A stretch of 64,000 bases of DNA. Source: Elusimicrobiota bacterium (GTDB lineage: Bacteria > Elusimicrobiota > Elusimicrobia > F11). The DNA lies in assembly GCA_044221725.1 (NCBI GenBank), contig JBGAON010000005.1, positions 160,001-224,000 of the forward strand. The letters run 5' to 3'. Position numbers and translations under genes: made by a program. This document shows, one piece after another, positions 29,212 to 41,200 of the stretch; positions within the stretch are counted from its first letter, which is position 1, and every line of letters begins with the position of its first letter. Below the pieces are notes generated by a model. The model did not search any database. It was given only the letters and a program-made list of their open reading frames with translations, and was not told the DNA's origin.

Positions 29212-32200
29212 ATGATCTACGCCGATCGAGAGCAAGTTTCAGTATTTGTTCGACTCAAAAAACTCACTGCGGTTTCCATCCTTTTTAGTTTCACGTTCAA
29301 CCAAATCCTTTTCGCGCATGTGCCCGAGACATCGGTTTGGTCCGAACGCCAACGAGCCCAGCCGTCATCCCGGCACGTATTTGGCCGGGATTCACGTGTT
29401 CTCCACGAAAACCTAGGTCTCGTACCAAAGGAACGTACCGGGACGATGGGTTCTCTCGCCGCCTTCTCCACGCTTCGTGAAACCTACAAAGGCGGGTCTG
29501 GTACATCCCTCCTTATTATTCAGGATATTCACTTAAACACCGAGGCCCAAGCGAACATTGTGAAAATGTTCGACGTGCTGAAAAAAGAAGGGCGCCTTGG
29601 CACCATCGCCACCGAAGGCGTTTCCGGAAAATTCAATTTCGCACAGTTTTTTGCGCCGGGCAATGAGTCGGCTCGCAAAGTGGTGGCCCAGGCATTTTTG
29701 AACGATAAACGAATTGCAGCTCCGTCGTATTTTGGCGTTACCGCTCAGCAGCCAAACGCGAACGTGTTTGGCGTTGATGATGAGTCGCTCTATGCTCGAA
29801 ATGTGCAGGCGTATGTTGACAGCTCGAAAAAACAGAAGGAGCTAGTTAAGAATATAGAAATCGAGCGCCGTGCCGTGGCTGAGCAGAAAAGAAAAATATT
29901 CAACGCCGACTTGATGCGTTTGGATTCGATAGTTGATTCGTATCAGGCGGGCAGCCTTCCGCTTGGAAAATTTTTGCCGCACCTTACGTTCACGTCGCCG
30001 GCGTTAAAGAAGTTCGCGGAAGCGTATGCGCTCGAGCAGAAAATCGATTTTGATCGCGTCGCGCGCGAACGCCGCTCCGTCATGGAAGTGCAAGCGCTTT
30101 CCGTTTCTCAGAAGAAAATGTTCGGCGATTATTTGCGCTACGTCGATTTGGCAAACAGCATCAACGCCGATGAACTTGTTCGCGAATTGCAGGCGGCCAC
30201 GAAAGCATCGTTGCTGGTTCTCGCAAAAACGCCAGCCGAACGCGAGCTGCTGCAAGCGTCTCGCGCGCTCGTTCTAAAAACACATCTTGTTAAGTTCTCC
30301 CTAACGCCGGAGGAATGGAAAGAGATCCGTGGCCTCAAAGGTGTCGGCTTTAAGCCGTTCGACGATTTTTATTCGCTGGCGGACTCTCGCAGCGAAAAGA
30401 TGGTCGAGAACCTGTTGAACGAAAGCTCAAAGCCATCCGTTCTTGTGATCGGCGGTTTCCACACGCCGGGGGTCACGGCAGCGCTCAAAAAGCGCGGCAT
30501 TGGTTATTCTGTCCTCACACCGAAAGTTACGAAGCTCGAAGATTCCGATTCCTCGTATCTGTCCATCTTCACGCGTGAAAAGACGCCAATCGAGAAATTG
30601 TTCGCTGGTGAAAAGCTTACGATCCTACCGCAGCAAGTGTTGATCGGAGGAAACGGTCGGCTTGCGCAACAGTCCAATGACTTGTTTCGCCTCGAGTTGG
30701 CTTTCACGGAACTCGCTGCACAAATTCGTGCGATGCGCATTCACCGGTATCAGAGCACCGTTGGTGAGAACATTGCTTACACCAACATTCAAGGTCAGGA
30801 TTATTATGGAATTGATCCGACGCTGGGAATCAATGTGCCGAAGGGATTCGAGAGACACGGCCTTATCACGGCGCCGGATGGAACGCGTGTCCTTCTCCTC
30901 GAGCGAACGTCCAAGAGCATTTTCTCCATTGAAGGATTGAAAGGTGCCGTACAAGCACTTAAAGATGTTAACAGCGTAATAGCAGCGAATCGTTACACGA
31001 TAACGCTTCTGGCGGGCTTGGTGTTGTTCGCATCGACGGGAAAAACATTCTTCCTTGGAATTGCGGCGCTTCCTTTTATTTTCGGCCTCACGATCGTTTC
31101 TTCCCCGGTCGGCGCGTCCAATTGGGTAGAAGAAAACACGCCTGGTTTGGCGGGCAAGAATATCATCGAAGTAACAATGGAGATGGCGTTACCCGATGCT
31201 GCGATCGAGGAGCTTTCGCGCCGCGGTGCAACCGATGACGAGCTCCGCGCCGTTGCCATGGCTTCTTCGACGGGCGGGATCGGTCCGTTGTTGCACGAGC
31301 GCGTTATTGCGCAGTCCAATTTGGGAGCCCACGTTACCGCGGTTTCGCTTTTGTACGACAAAGTGTGGGTTCAGAAATTCAAAAAAGACAAAGACGGTCA
31401 TGACATCATCAATCTCGAGAAAGTGGAAGTCGGGCATCTGCTGCGAAATTATTTCGAAAAAATGCCGTTCACGATTGATCTTGAAATGTACGACGAATCC
31501 ATTGTCACCGCAGAGGTGTACCGCGCACCAACTGGCCTTTACGGACGTGCCAACGTGTATTTCCTTTATCACCCGTCGATGACCGAAGTGGTGTACCCCG
31601 GCGAAAGAGATTTTCCGGATCCCCAAGAACCCGAAAAAACCACAAAGCGACGGCAGTTTAAAGAGACCAGCCGGTTGCAACAAAACTGGTTGGTGGGCCG
31701 GGGAACCTTGGCGTTGCTCGAAAAACTGAACGAACAGACCAACGTGGCGCCCGATGTTATCGTCATGAGCGAAATGCCGACGGTGTTTGTTCATCACCGA
31801 ATGTTTTTGGATCGGTTCTCGGAACACCCACTGTTCCGAAAAGCAAGTTATATTTTCAATGATCACACGCCGCTCGAATATGCGCATCCGAAATGGATGT
31901 GGCATGAACTGAAGAACATGCGACTTGACCCGCGCTATTACGAAGGAATTCCGTCCGTGTGGGGAAGCAAAGATGGGGAGCGGGCCGTTGATGGCACCGC
32001 GATGATCATCAACGCGGCGGATGCCGTTTATGGCGTTGCGAAAAAGCACGGTGAAGTGATGCGCCGCATGCCGCTCTTAAACGAGTTTGCGTCAAAAATC
32101 GACTCCATCACGAATGGCGTCAGCCCGAAATGGATGGCGAAAGAGTTTGGAAGTATCGAAAACGTGAAGCGGTTATCAAACACGCAACTTCTCGAAATCA

Positions 32201-35139
32201 AAAATAAAAAGCGAATGGAGTTGTTCCGTTGGATCGAGAAACGTAACGGGATGAGAGCCGGATGGGCAGACGACATGATTGCCGCAAACAATCCCATTGG
32301 TTTGTGGACGCGCAGAATTGTCGGTTACAAGCGTATGGACGTGTTCACGCGGCTCATTGAAGATGAGCACATGCGAGAAGAGTTTCTTAAATCCGGAATT
32401 GTCTTCGTTATTGGAGGACGTATTCATCAAGACGATACGTTCGGCCAAGACCATTACGCTCGAATCCAGAAAGTTGTTCACAGGGATCCTCGGCTCAAAG
32501 ACTTCGTGGTGTTTTTTGACAATTACAATACCTGGGAAGCGAAGCGATTGATGCAGGGTGTGGATTTTTCGACGATGCTCGCCGACGATGGCTACGAAGC
32601 ATCGGCGACGGGGTTCCAAAAGGCATTGTCCAACGGTGCTCTTATTATTGCGAGCCGTGACGGCGCTGTTCCCGAGTCCGTCGTTTTTTATGAACCAAAC
32701 TCGGACGAGAATGAAGCCAACGGCTTTGAAGTGCCCTACGTCAGCCAATTTAATCCGGAGAACGGAGCGTGGAAAATGGGTCCGACGCCACAAGGGCTCT
32801 TGCACGCGTTTTCATCGTTCCGTCACGTTTTTAACGAAAAAGAAACATTGGGCCGAATGGTTCGCAACGCGTTCAATCTTTCGCCGCGCGTTGACGTCAC
32901 TCGCACAGCGATCGACATGCTTACTTTCTTCGAAGATGTCATTGAAGGAAAAGAAATTAAAGACAGTTATTTCCAAAATGGCCGACTGCGGGTTCGGGAA
33001 ATAATATCGGGGATCAATTTCGAGCCGGGCGTTCGCGAACGAATTATCGGCCAACTCGAATTGGTGGAAGGTTTTTCCTGGAAATATCTTCGCTACGGTC
33101 ACGATGAGCAGATTCTCCCGTCGAATTTATTGAACTTCCGTACGAAACCGGATGAGAGACCGGATCGGGGGCTCGCGGCCATGGCGGCGGCCGTCGCTTA
33201 TATTCGGTCCATTGGAACGGTGGGCGAATGGTCGTTGGCTTATCACGCTGCGAATCACGGCGGTATCGGCGACATCCCAACATTTTTCTCGGAAGCCATC
33301 GCGAAGATTCCTGAATTGGCTCCGTTGCGAGACGCGGTGCTGAATATTGGAGAAGCCGCGAAAACGAGCAACAAGCCACAGCATGTCCTGAATCTCAATC
33401 GCATTATTCTTGGAATGATGGAAGCGTTGGTGGAAAGCCTGCGGGAACGCATTCCGATTCGGCAAGAGGAAACGGGAAAATTGAGCGCTCGTCGGCAGGT
33501 TCGTCTTTCGAATTTGCTCCGTTCAAAAATTCAATTTGAAACGCCCGTCCCGAGACTCCAGCAACTTGATCACAATAAAGTCGGCGCTTCTATTCGATTT
33601 CATCTGGAAAATCACATGATTCCACGAACGGAATTTTTTATTCATTGGGGAGAAGTCGGTAAGCCGAACTGGCAGATTGTGCATGTAAACCCCGAAGAAA
33701 TACATCTGTTGGCAAACAATGTGTCGGTGTTGTCCAAGACCATCGATGTCATCAAACCCGGACGCTACGGCGTCACGGTGTTTGCTGTTCCAAAAGGAGT
33801 GGGAGCCGATCCGAAGCACGATGAGCTTCGCGTCTATTCGGCGAGTTATTTCGGTGAAGTGGCGGAGTTTCAGGTCCACGACGAAATGGGCGTGCAAATG
33901 GCAGGGCATTCGCCGGCGCCCGTTCCGGGTGCGATCGGAATTCTTCCGAATTCAAAAATGAGTTTCGCTGATCGCGGTGCGGCGGAAGGCGCGGCGACGT
34001 CCGTGCTCGGAATGGCACTTTTCGCGGGCGTGAATGCGCTCGTCGCGCTTCGTCTCGCGGAATCGCACGTGATCGCTGCATCGTTTGAGCCGTTTGTTCG
34101 GTGGAGCATGGCAACCGCGATTACTTTGATTGTTTCGTTCGCGTTGATTTACGCGGCGCATCGCGCGCTCGGCGTAAAACTGCCGGGGCAGAAGGAACCG
34201 AGTTTCGATCAAAATAGCGTTTGGTCCGCGACACGGGCGGCCAGCGTGAGCTTGTTCGCACCGCTCCTTGCATCGTTTGCCGTTTTTGCACCAATGTGGG
34301 CAACGCTTCCGCTCGTTGGAGTCGGATTTGCCGCGGGAACGCTGTTGCACCGCGAGAAAAACAGGCCTGCCGATTATTATCCACTGACGAACGCCGAAGC
34401 AAAATTGGCGAAAAGTTATGCGCAGCGAACGAAAACGGAAACTTCCGCTGAGATTCTCGCACGTGTTTCGAAATTAACCGAAATTCGCAATGCGGAACTT
34501 GTTACGTATACGACGGAACGTCAGAACCTCTATCGTCACGCGTCCGCGCACGCAGCGGAGCCTTTGAACGCGTTTGCACGCGAAGCCGCTCGATCGGGCG
34601 CACGTCCGAATGTGAAAGTCTTGTCACTTGATAAGCAGCTAAAGACCGGTGATATCGGAATGCTTGTTCCACAGGCAAACAATGCCGCCGAACTCGCAGC
34701 CGAAATTCGTGCAGCGCTTAAACTGGCGCAGCAAAAAGAGATGCGCCAGGTTTCTGTTTATATGATCGCATCGAAAGCGGACATCTTTCAGGAAGTTCGA
34801 AATCCGGACACGACGACGCTGACGCACGCTGAAATTGGAGCGATCACGTTCATCGACGAAACCGCGGTGGACACGAATGAAGAAATCGCCGAGCGCTTAC
34901 TGGACCCCACGATTGGCACGGACGGAAAATTTGACTTGCTCGTGCACGGCGCGCAGGCACTTCCGAAAGCGCTTGCACAATCGTTGGCCGAACTGGGTCG
35001 CACCGAAAAATACGCAAACAAGGTGAAGCTCAGCATCGCGGATGAGATTTCCGCTAATGCACGCGCGATGGAGTTTTCTGATATGCGCGACATCGAAGCG
35101 CTGCTTAAGTTCTTCGAGCTCGTCGGGAAGTACGCGTAA
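29212..35139 (+). CDS. Large membrane protein (1975 aa): shared N-domain plus GT35 alpha-glucan phosphorylase domain
   Basis: N-domain motifs QDIHLNTEAQ, LTPEEW, GGFH, REKTPIEKLF. GT35 motifs MEMAL, GGIG, VSLLY, DHTPL, VYGVAKKHGEV, SITNGV, RRIVGYKR, EASATGFQKALSNG...SRDG. Confidence 0.9.
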   Translation: MIYADREQVSVFVRLKKLTAVSILFSFTFNQILFAHVPETSVWSERQRAQPSSRHVFGRDSRVLHENLGLVPKERTGTMGSLAAFSTLRETYKGGSGTSLLIIQDIHLNTEAQANIVKMFDVLKKEGRLGTIATEGVSGKFNFAQFFAPGNESARKVVAQAFLNDKRIAAPSYFGVTAQQPNANVFGVDDESLYARNVQAYVDSSKKQKELVKNIEIERRAVAEQKRKIFNADLMRLDSIVDSYQAGSLPLGKFLPHLTFTSPALKKFAEAYALEQKIDFDRVARERRSVMEVQALSVSQKKMFGDYLRYVDLANSINADELVRELQAATKASLLVLAKTPAERELLQASRALVLKTHLVKFSLTPEEWKEIRGLKGVGFKPFDDFYSLADSRSEKMVENLLNESSKPSVLVIGGFHTPGVTAALKKRGIGYSVLTPKVTKLEDSDSSYLSIFTREKTPIEKLFAGEKLTILPQQVLIGGNGRLAQQSNDLFRLELAFTELAAQIRAMRIHRYQSTVGENIAYTNIQGQDYYGIDPTLGINVPKGFERHGLITAPDGTRVLLLERTSKSIFSIEGLKGAVQALKDVNSVIAANRYTITLLAGLVLFASTGKTFFLGIAALPFIFGLTIVSSPVGASNWVEENTPGLAGKNIIEVTMEMALPDAAIEELSRRGATDDELRAVAMASSTGGIGPLLHERVIAQSNLGAHVTAVSLLYDKVWVQKFKKDKDGHDIINLEKVEVGHLLRNYFEKMPFTIDLEMYDESIVTAEVYRAPTGLYGRANVYFLYHPSMTEVVYPGERDFPDPQEPEKTTKRRQFKETSRLQQNWLVGRGTLALLEKLNEQTNVAPDVIVMSEMPTVFVHHRMFLDRFSEHPLFRKASYIFNDHTPLEYAHPKWMWHELKNMRLDPRYYEGIPSVWGSKDGERAVDGTAMIINAADAVYGVAKKHGEVMRRMPLLNEFASKIDSITNGVSPKWMAKEFGSIENVKRLSNTQLLEIKNKKRMELFRWIEKRNGMRAGWADDMIAANNPIGLWTRRIVGYKRMDVFTRLIEDEHMREEFLKSGIVFVIGGRIHQDDTFGQDHYARIQKVVHRDPRLKDFVVFFDNYNTWEAKRLMQGVDFSTMLADDGYEASATGFQKALSNGALIIASRDGAVPESVVFYEPNSDENEANGFEVPYVSQFNPENGAWKMGPTPQGLLHAFSSFRHVFNEKETLGRMVRNAFNLSPRVDVTRTAIDMLTFFEDVIEGKEIKDSYFQNGRLRVREIISGINFEPGVRERIIGQLELVEGFSWKYLRYGHDEQILPSNLLNFRTKPDERPDRGLAAMAAAVAYIRSIGTVGEWSLAYHAANHGGIGDIPTFFSEAIAKIPELAPLRDAVLNIGEAAKTSNKPQHVLNLNRIILGMMEALVESLRERIPIRQEETGKLSARRQVRLSNLLRSKIQFETPVPRLQQLDHNKVGASIRFHLENHMIPRTEFFIHWGEVGKPNWQIVHVNPEEIHLLANNVSVLSKTIDVIKPGRYGVTVFAVPKGVGADPKHDELRVYSASYFGEVAEFQVHDEMGVQMAGHSPAPVPGAIGILPNSKMSFADRGAAEGAATSVLGMALFAGVNALVALRLAESHVIAASFEPFVRWSMATAITLIVSFALIYAAHRALGVKLPGQKEPSFDQNSVWSATRAASVSLFAPLLASFAVFAPMWATLPLVGVGFAAGTLLHREKNRPADYYPLTNAEAKLAKSYAQRTKTETSAEILARVSKLTEIRNAELVTYTTERQNLYRHASAHAAEPLNAFAREAARSGARPNVKVLSLDKQLKTGDIGMLVPQANNAAELAAEIRAALKLAQQKEMRQVSVYMIASKADIFQEVRNPDTTTLTHAEIGAITFIDETAVDTNEEIAERLLDPTIGTDGKFDLLVHGAQALPKALAQSLAELGRTEKYANKVKLSIADEISANARAMEFSDMRDIEALLKFFELVGKYA

Positions 35140-35176
35140 AATCGCGTCGTTTCTTCGTCGCAGAAAATAGCGTTCC

Positions 35177-35230
35177 GTTACAGAAAATTTACGCGTTCTT
35201 AAGGCGAACTTAAGACAGCATTCGTATAGT
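35177..35230 (+). promoter_or_regulatory. Conserved promoter box, copy 3
   Basis: GTTAC at 35177, TTTAC at 35188, CTTAA at 35198 and 35209, TATAGT at 35225. ATG follows 6 nt later with no RBS. Confidence 0.8.
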
Positions 35231-35236
35231 GGTTCC

Positions 35237-38200
35237 ATGAGATTTTCGTTACGAAAAGGCAGTGCCGCCTTTATTGCCGGTTCTCTTTTTATCACCCAGG
35301 TTCTCACGAATCCGATGTTGGTGCAAACCTGTTTTGCGCAAAACACCGGATTTGGATTGCGCGCCAGCGCCGATATCTGGACGGAACGTTCGAACCAAAT
35401 TGCTCGCCTAAAATCTCCGCAAGCCGACATTTTTCCAACGCGAGCCGCCGATAACGCGTTTAAACCTTTCTTCCAATCCGTCAATCCATTCGCGCGCGTG
35501 GGCGAAACACACATCGAGAACAACGGCGGCCCCACGGTGTTGTTGCTGCAAGACGTTCACATGAATCTTGAGGCGCAAAAGAACATCGGCGAAGTCTTGT
35601 TGCGCACGCCGAAGAATTCCGTGATCGGCGTGGAAGCGGCCGTTGGCCCTTTTGATTTTTCGAAATTCCGTTCTTATCCGGAACCCAAAATTCTCGCGAA
35701 CATCGCGTCCGTATTGCTGCGCGAAAATTATATTTCGGCGATTTCGTGGATGGGACTCACGGCCAAGGGCTCGCTGCCAACGATTGTCGGCGTCGATGAT
35801 TCCAGTTTGTATGTGAAGAACGTCGACGCGTTCAAGAACACAATTGCGATAAAAGCGGATCGGTTATCCAGCATCGAAACGGCCCTGCAAAAACTCGCGC
35901 ATGAAAAAGCCGATTTGTTCTCCGCTGAAGAAAAAGCGCTCGATGCGTTGATCACGAATTACGAAGCCGGCAACGTCACGCTCGCCGCGTATATCCAATC
36001 GTTGGAACAATCGGTTTCAATGGATGCGTTCCCATCGCTAAAAACGTTGTCGGCCGCGCTTCAGCTGGAAGCGCGTTTGGATCAGAAACAAGCCGAACAA
36101 GAAAGGGAACGGCTTGTTCGAAAGATTTCCGCCACCGATTCCGCCGCGCTCCAACAATTAACAGCCCTCAGTATTTCGCACGGCGCCGGCGAAATGGAGG
36201 CTACGACGTTTTATTCCGAGTTCCGCTCCATATTAAATGCGCATCATATTTCGCTCGCAGCGTACCCGCATTTTTCCACCTACGTCGAATACGCAGCGCT
36301 CGCCGACGGCATCAAGCAAGAAAGAATCTTCAAAGAAATTCAGGATTTGACGAAAGCCGCGATCGGAAAAATCGCGCGCCGTGAGCAAACGAAGCAGCTT
36401 TTTAAACAAGGCCGCACGCTTTTTCTTGCAAAGAAGCTTGTAAATTTCGAACTGACACCGGAAGAGTGGAAGGAATATCAAGTGGGTCCTGGATTGCGAC
36501 ATTCCAGGACGACAGCGTCAGTACCTTCCGGTACGAACTTGGAGGCTTTTTTCGACTTCTACCGCTATGCCGAAGCGCGCAACGAGAAGATGGTGAACAA
36601 TCTTTTGAACGCGCGGGGGAATTCGAACACGATCGTTTTGCTTGCCGGTGGTTTCCACTCCGCTGGTATTCGCGCGCTTCTTCGTGCGCGCGGTGTATCG
36701 TACGCGGTGCTCACGCCGCGCATTTCCCAAGACAATCTTGGAAACGGATCTGCTTACTTGGGCAGTTTCATTCGTGATCGCACGCCACTCGAAAAGCTTT
36801 TCTATGGAGAAAAACTAACGGTTGCTGCGGCGGATACCATTCTTGGCCCATCGAACCCAATTGCTCCGGGCCGCCGCTGGTTGCCCGCGGCTGCCATCTC
36901 GTTGACCGCGGTGCTCGCGGCCGCGTACTTTGCTACGGGCGCAAATCCGAATTTGGAATTGGCCACGCTCTCGGCCTGGATAGCGGGCATTTCGGGCGGT
37001 GTCGCGATTCTGTTGAGCGCCCAAGACCGTCGGGCGCACCTCAATATAAATGGAACAGAAATTGAAGCGGGAGCCGAACTTTCGGCGCCCGCCTATCGCA
37101 CGATCAAAGATGTTCCGGGCCTCGGCAACGTGGGATGGAACACGCACCGCTCCTTTGGCACCGTGATCAAAGGCATTGCGCTGGTTGTTTTTGGAATTGC
37201 GTTTATCAAGTTACTGACGAACGTTTTCGAACCGTTTGTAAAAGCGCGCGACGTGATTGCCGTTGGACATTCTCCGTCATTTCCTATGCGCACGGGTTTT
37301 TTCCGATGGGGATTCTTGCTCACGATTGGCGTCGCTTTCTTGAGCATGGTGACAACCACCCGAGCGTACTTCCATCGGTTTGCGCCGGAAAAAAGTTTCG
37401 GTGACCTTCCTGTTGAGAAGCTCAATTCGATGTCGGACGTCGAATTGTGGAACGAGATAAAAAAGAACGGATACATTCGAATTCATGAACGGCTTCCTTA
37501 TCTGCCCCACGGCGGCAGCCGCGTGGAAGGACGGCTTTGGAATTACTTCCTAACCCATTCGGTGGACGAGCTTGTCCCCGATTTCCAAAAAATGGACGCG
37601 TGGACCGTGGCCCAAGTTTTGCAGAACGAAAACATCATGAATCATGAGCACCGGTTGGCGAAACCGCACAAAATCATGATGGCGCTGTCGCACGAGCAGC
37701 GCTCCGATGTGAGCGACAACATGAAGCTCAAATATTACCGCCAGCTAATGGATCCAACGCGTGTAAAAAAAGTGGTCTACATTGCGAGCGAGGTTCGCGG
37801 AATTTTCCACACAGGCGGCATTGGGGTTGTGGCGGACAGTTTCCCGCGCGCGATGCAGGGGTTTGGTCACGATGTGAGTCAGATCCTTCCTTATTATGAG
37901 GGCGTCGGTATCGAAGAAGAGATTTCCAAGAATGTTGCGGCCGGGATTTGGACGAAAAAAGAATTGTTCCAGAAAATCAATGTGCCAATGGATGGGCATA
38001 TCGTTACCGCGACGGTCGTTCAGATTGATCGGCGCGATCTGCCAACGCTTTATCTGATTCAGAATCCGGAATATTTTGGCCGATACACCATGGGGAAAGA
38101 CAAGCGGGGCAAATTAAATCCCTACTTCCCGGCGAATTTGCCCAATTCGCACGCGAGCTTCACCGAAAGAGAGATGTTGACGCTCGAACGGTTCATTTTC

Positions 38201-41200
38201 TTTGCGAAAGCTTGCATGATGGCCATGCCGGTGCTCAATTTGAACGGCAATGGCGAGGCGCCCGACGTCGTGCACGTGAACGATTGGCAAACCACGCTCC
38301 TGGCGCCGTGGCTGCTGTATTTGCGCGCGACCACGCCCGTCGAATTTCAGCACGATGCCGAAGCCAACCCGTACATGCGCGGCATGAATCCGGCCACTTT
38401 TTCTCGGCTAAAGACGTATTTCCAGAAAACGCAAACGGTGTCCACTCAGCACAACGCGGTCTATCAGGGTCTTTTCTCCGAAAGCGCGCGCTACGAAAAC
38501 ACGTTTGATCGGTTGAAAGACAATTCGTGGGAATTGTTTAAGAAAACCGGACTTCCTTGGGATCCGTTCTTCATGCAGACGGACCAAAAAACCGGTGTTA
38601 CCGAAGAGAAACAGCCGTTTTCGCTGCGTCTCCATGGACAATTCAATTTTTCTTTAGCAATGAAGTCCGCTGATGCGAGTTACACCGTGAGCGAAGCGCA
38701 TGCCACGGAATTGGCGGAAGGTGCGTATCCGGAATTGCCCCGGTTTTATTATTCGCTCACAATGGATGAGCGTTTCACCGGTATCAATAACGCCCCGGAT
38801 GTGGAGCTTCGCAATCCGCGAAACCTTAAAGGGATTATTGCCTATGGTGTGACCGATGTTGAAGAGAAAAAGCCACTCAACAAAATTGCGTTGCTTGAAA
38901 AAGTCGGTCTTGCGAGCGGAAACAAGTCCGATGACGAGGCCAAGTTTGTGGTGGGTGTTGTCGCCCGCGCTGAAAAGGAAAAAGGGTTCGACCTTATTCT
39001 CGAGGCGTTACCCGAAGTGTTGCAGGGGCATGAGCACGACACCGTCGTGGTTGTGCTCGCGAGCGGAAACCCGGAATACGAACGCCGCATGCGCGAATTG
39101 CAGGCGAGTTATCCGCGTAACATCAAATACATCGACAAATTCCTTCCCGAGCTAGAGCCCATGATTACCGTGGGATCCGATTCGCTGCTCGTTCCGTCCA
39201 TTTTTGAGCCGTCGGGCCTCACGCATTACGACGCGATGATCGCTGGCACGTTGCCGATTGTGGCCCCCAGCGGTGGGTTGAATGTGGTACGGGATCCGTC
39301 GGAGGGCATCGAAGCCGCCATTGGCTTCATGATGCGCAGCAAGACCTCGATCGAATTGTCGAAAAAAATAGAAGAAGCGCGTCAAATGTTTTTGAACGAC
39401 AAATCGTCGTGGAACCGAATGATCGACAACGCGATGAACACGGACTTCAGTTGGCCCGACTCCGTGGACAAAGTGATGGACTTGTACGAACGGGCGGAAT
39501 TTTTTGCGCGCATTCAAAAAAACAACAAGATATCGATCAAATCTCCGCGCGGAAAACGGCCGCGGCCACAACTCGTTCTCAATTTCATCTTCAATCTCGC
39601 GCAGAATCTCGAGCAAAGATACGCCGACCCGATCAGCGGTCATGATCTTTATAAGAATAGTTTTTGGGGCGCGCCAAAATACGAAGCCGGATTTTTGTTT
39701 GCACTATTGGCGGGCACGTTTGCTGGATTCGCGGTCGTTCTGCCGGTGACCTGGATGGCGTTGGCCGCCGCCACCATCACCACGATGGTAACGTTTCTGT
39801 TGCTCCATCCGATTCGAGCTGGCCCTTCCAAGGGATCGCCCTCGCTACTTGAATACCGATCGCTCGGTATCCTTTTCATATTCCTGCCGTTTCTCCTTAT
39901 TATTGGGCCTTTAGCGCTTGTTGGTTTGTCTTATATTCCCAATGATCGAACCATTCTTCGCGGGAGCATTTTGGCCGCCAGCCTCGCGATCGGAGCTATC
40001 TCAACCATGCCCGGTCACGCCTGGTGGAACAATCATTCGCCGAAACCTCTCACCGCCGCGCACGCATCGTATGGCGCGCTCGATAAATACTTGACCGGTA
40101 CTGCTGTTAGAGAATTGTTGGCTTTTCGCGGGATGCAATTTCGATACGATGAATCCGATTTTCAATATTTTGCAACCAATCCTCGTATCGTTGGTTTCGA
40201 TCGCAAGACACAGAAGATCGTTCTTCAACCGTTGTTTAATTTCTTGGATCCAATTCCGCCAGCGAACTCTCCAGCCGCTGAAAGAAAAGTGATCGTTGAC
40301 AGAAATATGGAATCCATTCTTCGTCTTTCGCCCCCGATCAATCAACAAGGGCAAATCAATCGTGAAGAGTACCACCGCGTCATAAACGATGCTTTTGAAG
40401 GAAAGCTTGATAAGGTCGAGAAATATCGGGTTATCGATAAAATCGCCTCGCACCCCGATCGGATCTTTGACGCGACCGCGGTTTCCGCGCGGGAACATCA
40501 GATTTCCTTTGTTCGCCTCATCGAGCGTTACGAGCGAGGGGAAATAGCGATCTTTTCCTTGCTCGGCGGTGCCGGCAGTCGTGTGATTCAGAAAAGTAAG
40601 AAAATCAAAGAAAGCATTACCAAGGCGATTCTTTCTACGATTGGTATCCAGATTCCAGCAATTGGACTCGGTACCGGCCCCAAACATCCGCTCTTCCTGA
40701 CAATATTTAAGCATTCGATGCTCGTTACGGTTAAAGCCGTGGCACTTGTGTTTAATACACAGTTGGGTGTTAATGACCACAATATCATGGCCGCGGTGCA
40801 AGACGATCCGCATATGACTCGCGCGATCAGTGAGAAGGTCGAAATCTTAAAGAGTCCTGGCAGCGGTATCCCCATGCAGCGCGTGGCCGACAAAAAAACC
40901 AAGAAGCCGGGTGGCGTGCTATGGACCAACAAGAACGGTAAAGAAATTCCTGACAGCGACGTTAATGTGCGCGAAGGGAATGCGATAACGCGGCCGCGCG
41001 GTCCGGGCGCGTTTTCGGTTTTGATTGCCGCGGCGGTGGATGGCACGCTGCTCAAGTTGCACCGCGATGGCCGTTTGTACGGCCTCATTAGCAACGGAGA
41101 AGATTTGGGGGCCATGCCAAACGAAATGGCGGCCAACTTTATGGAAGAGAATAATCTTCCCATTACGTTTTTCCTTGCCGAGCGCGATGTGAAATATCAA

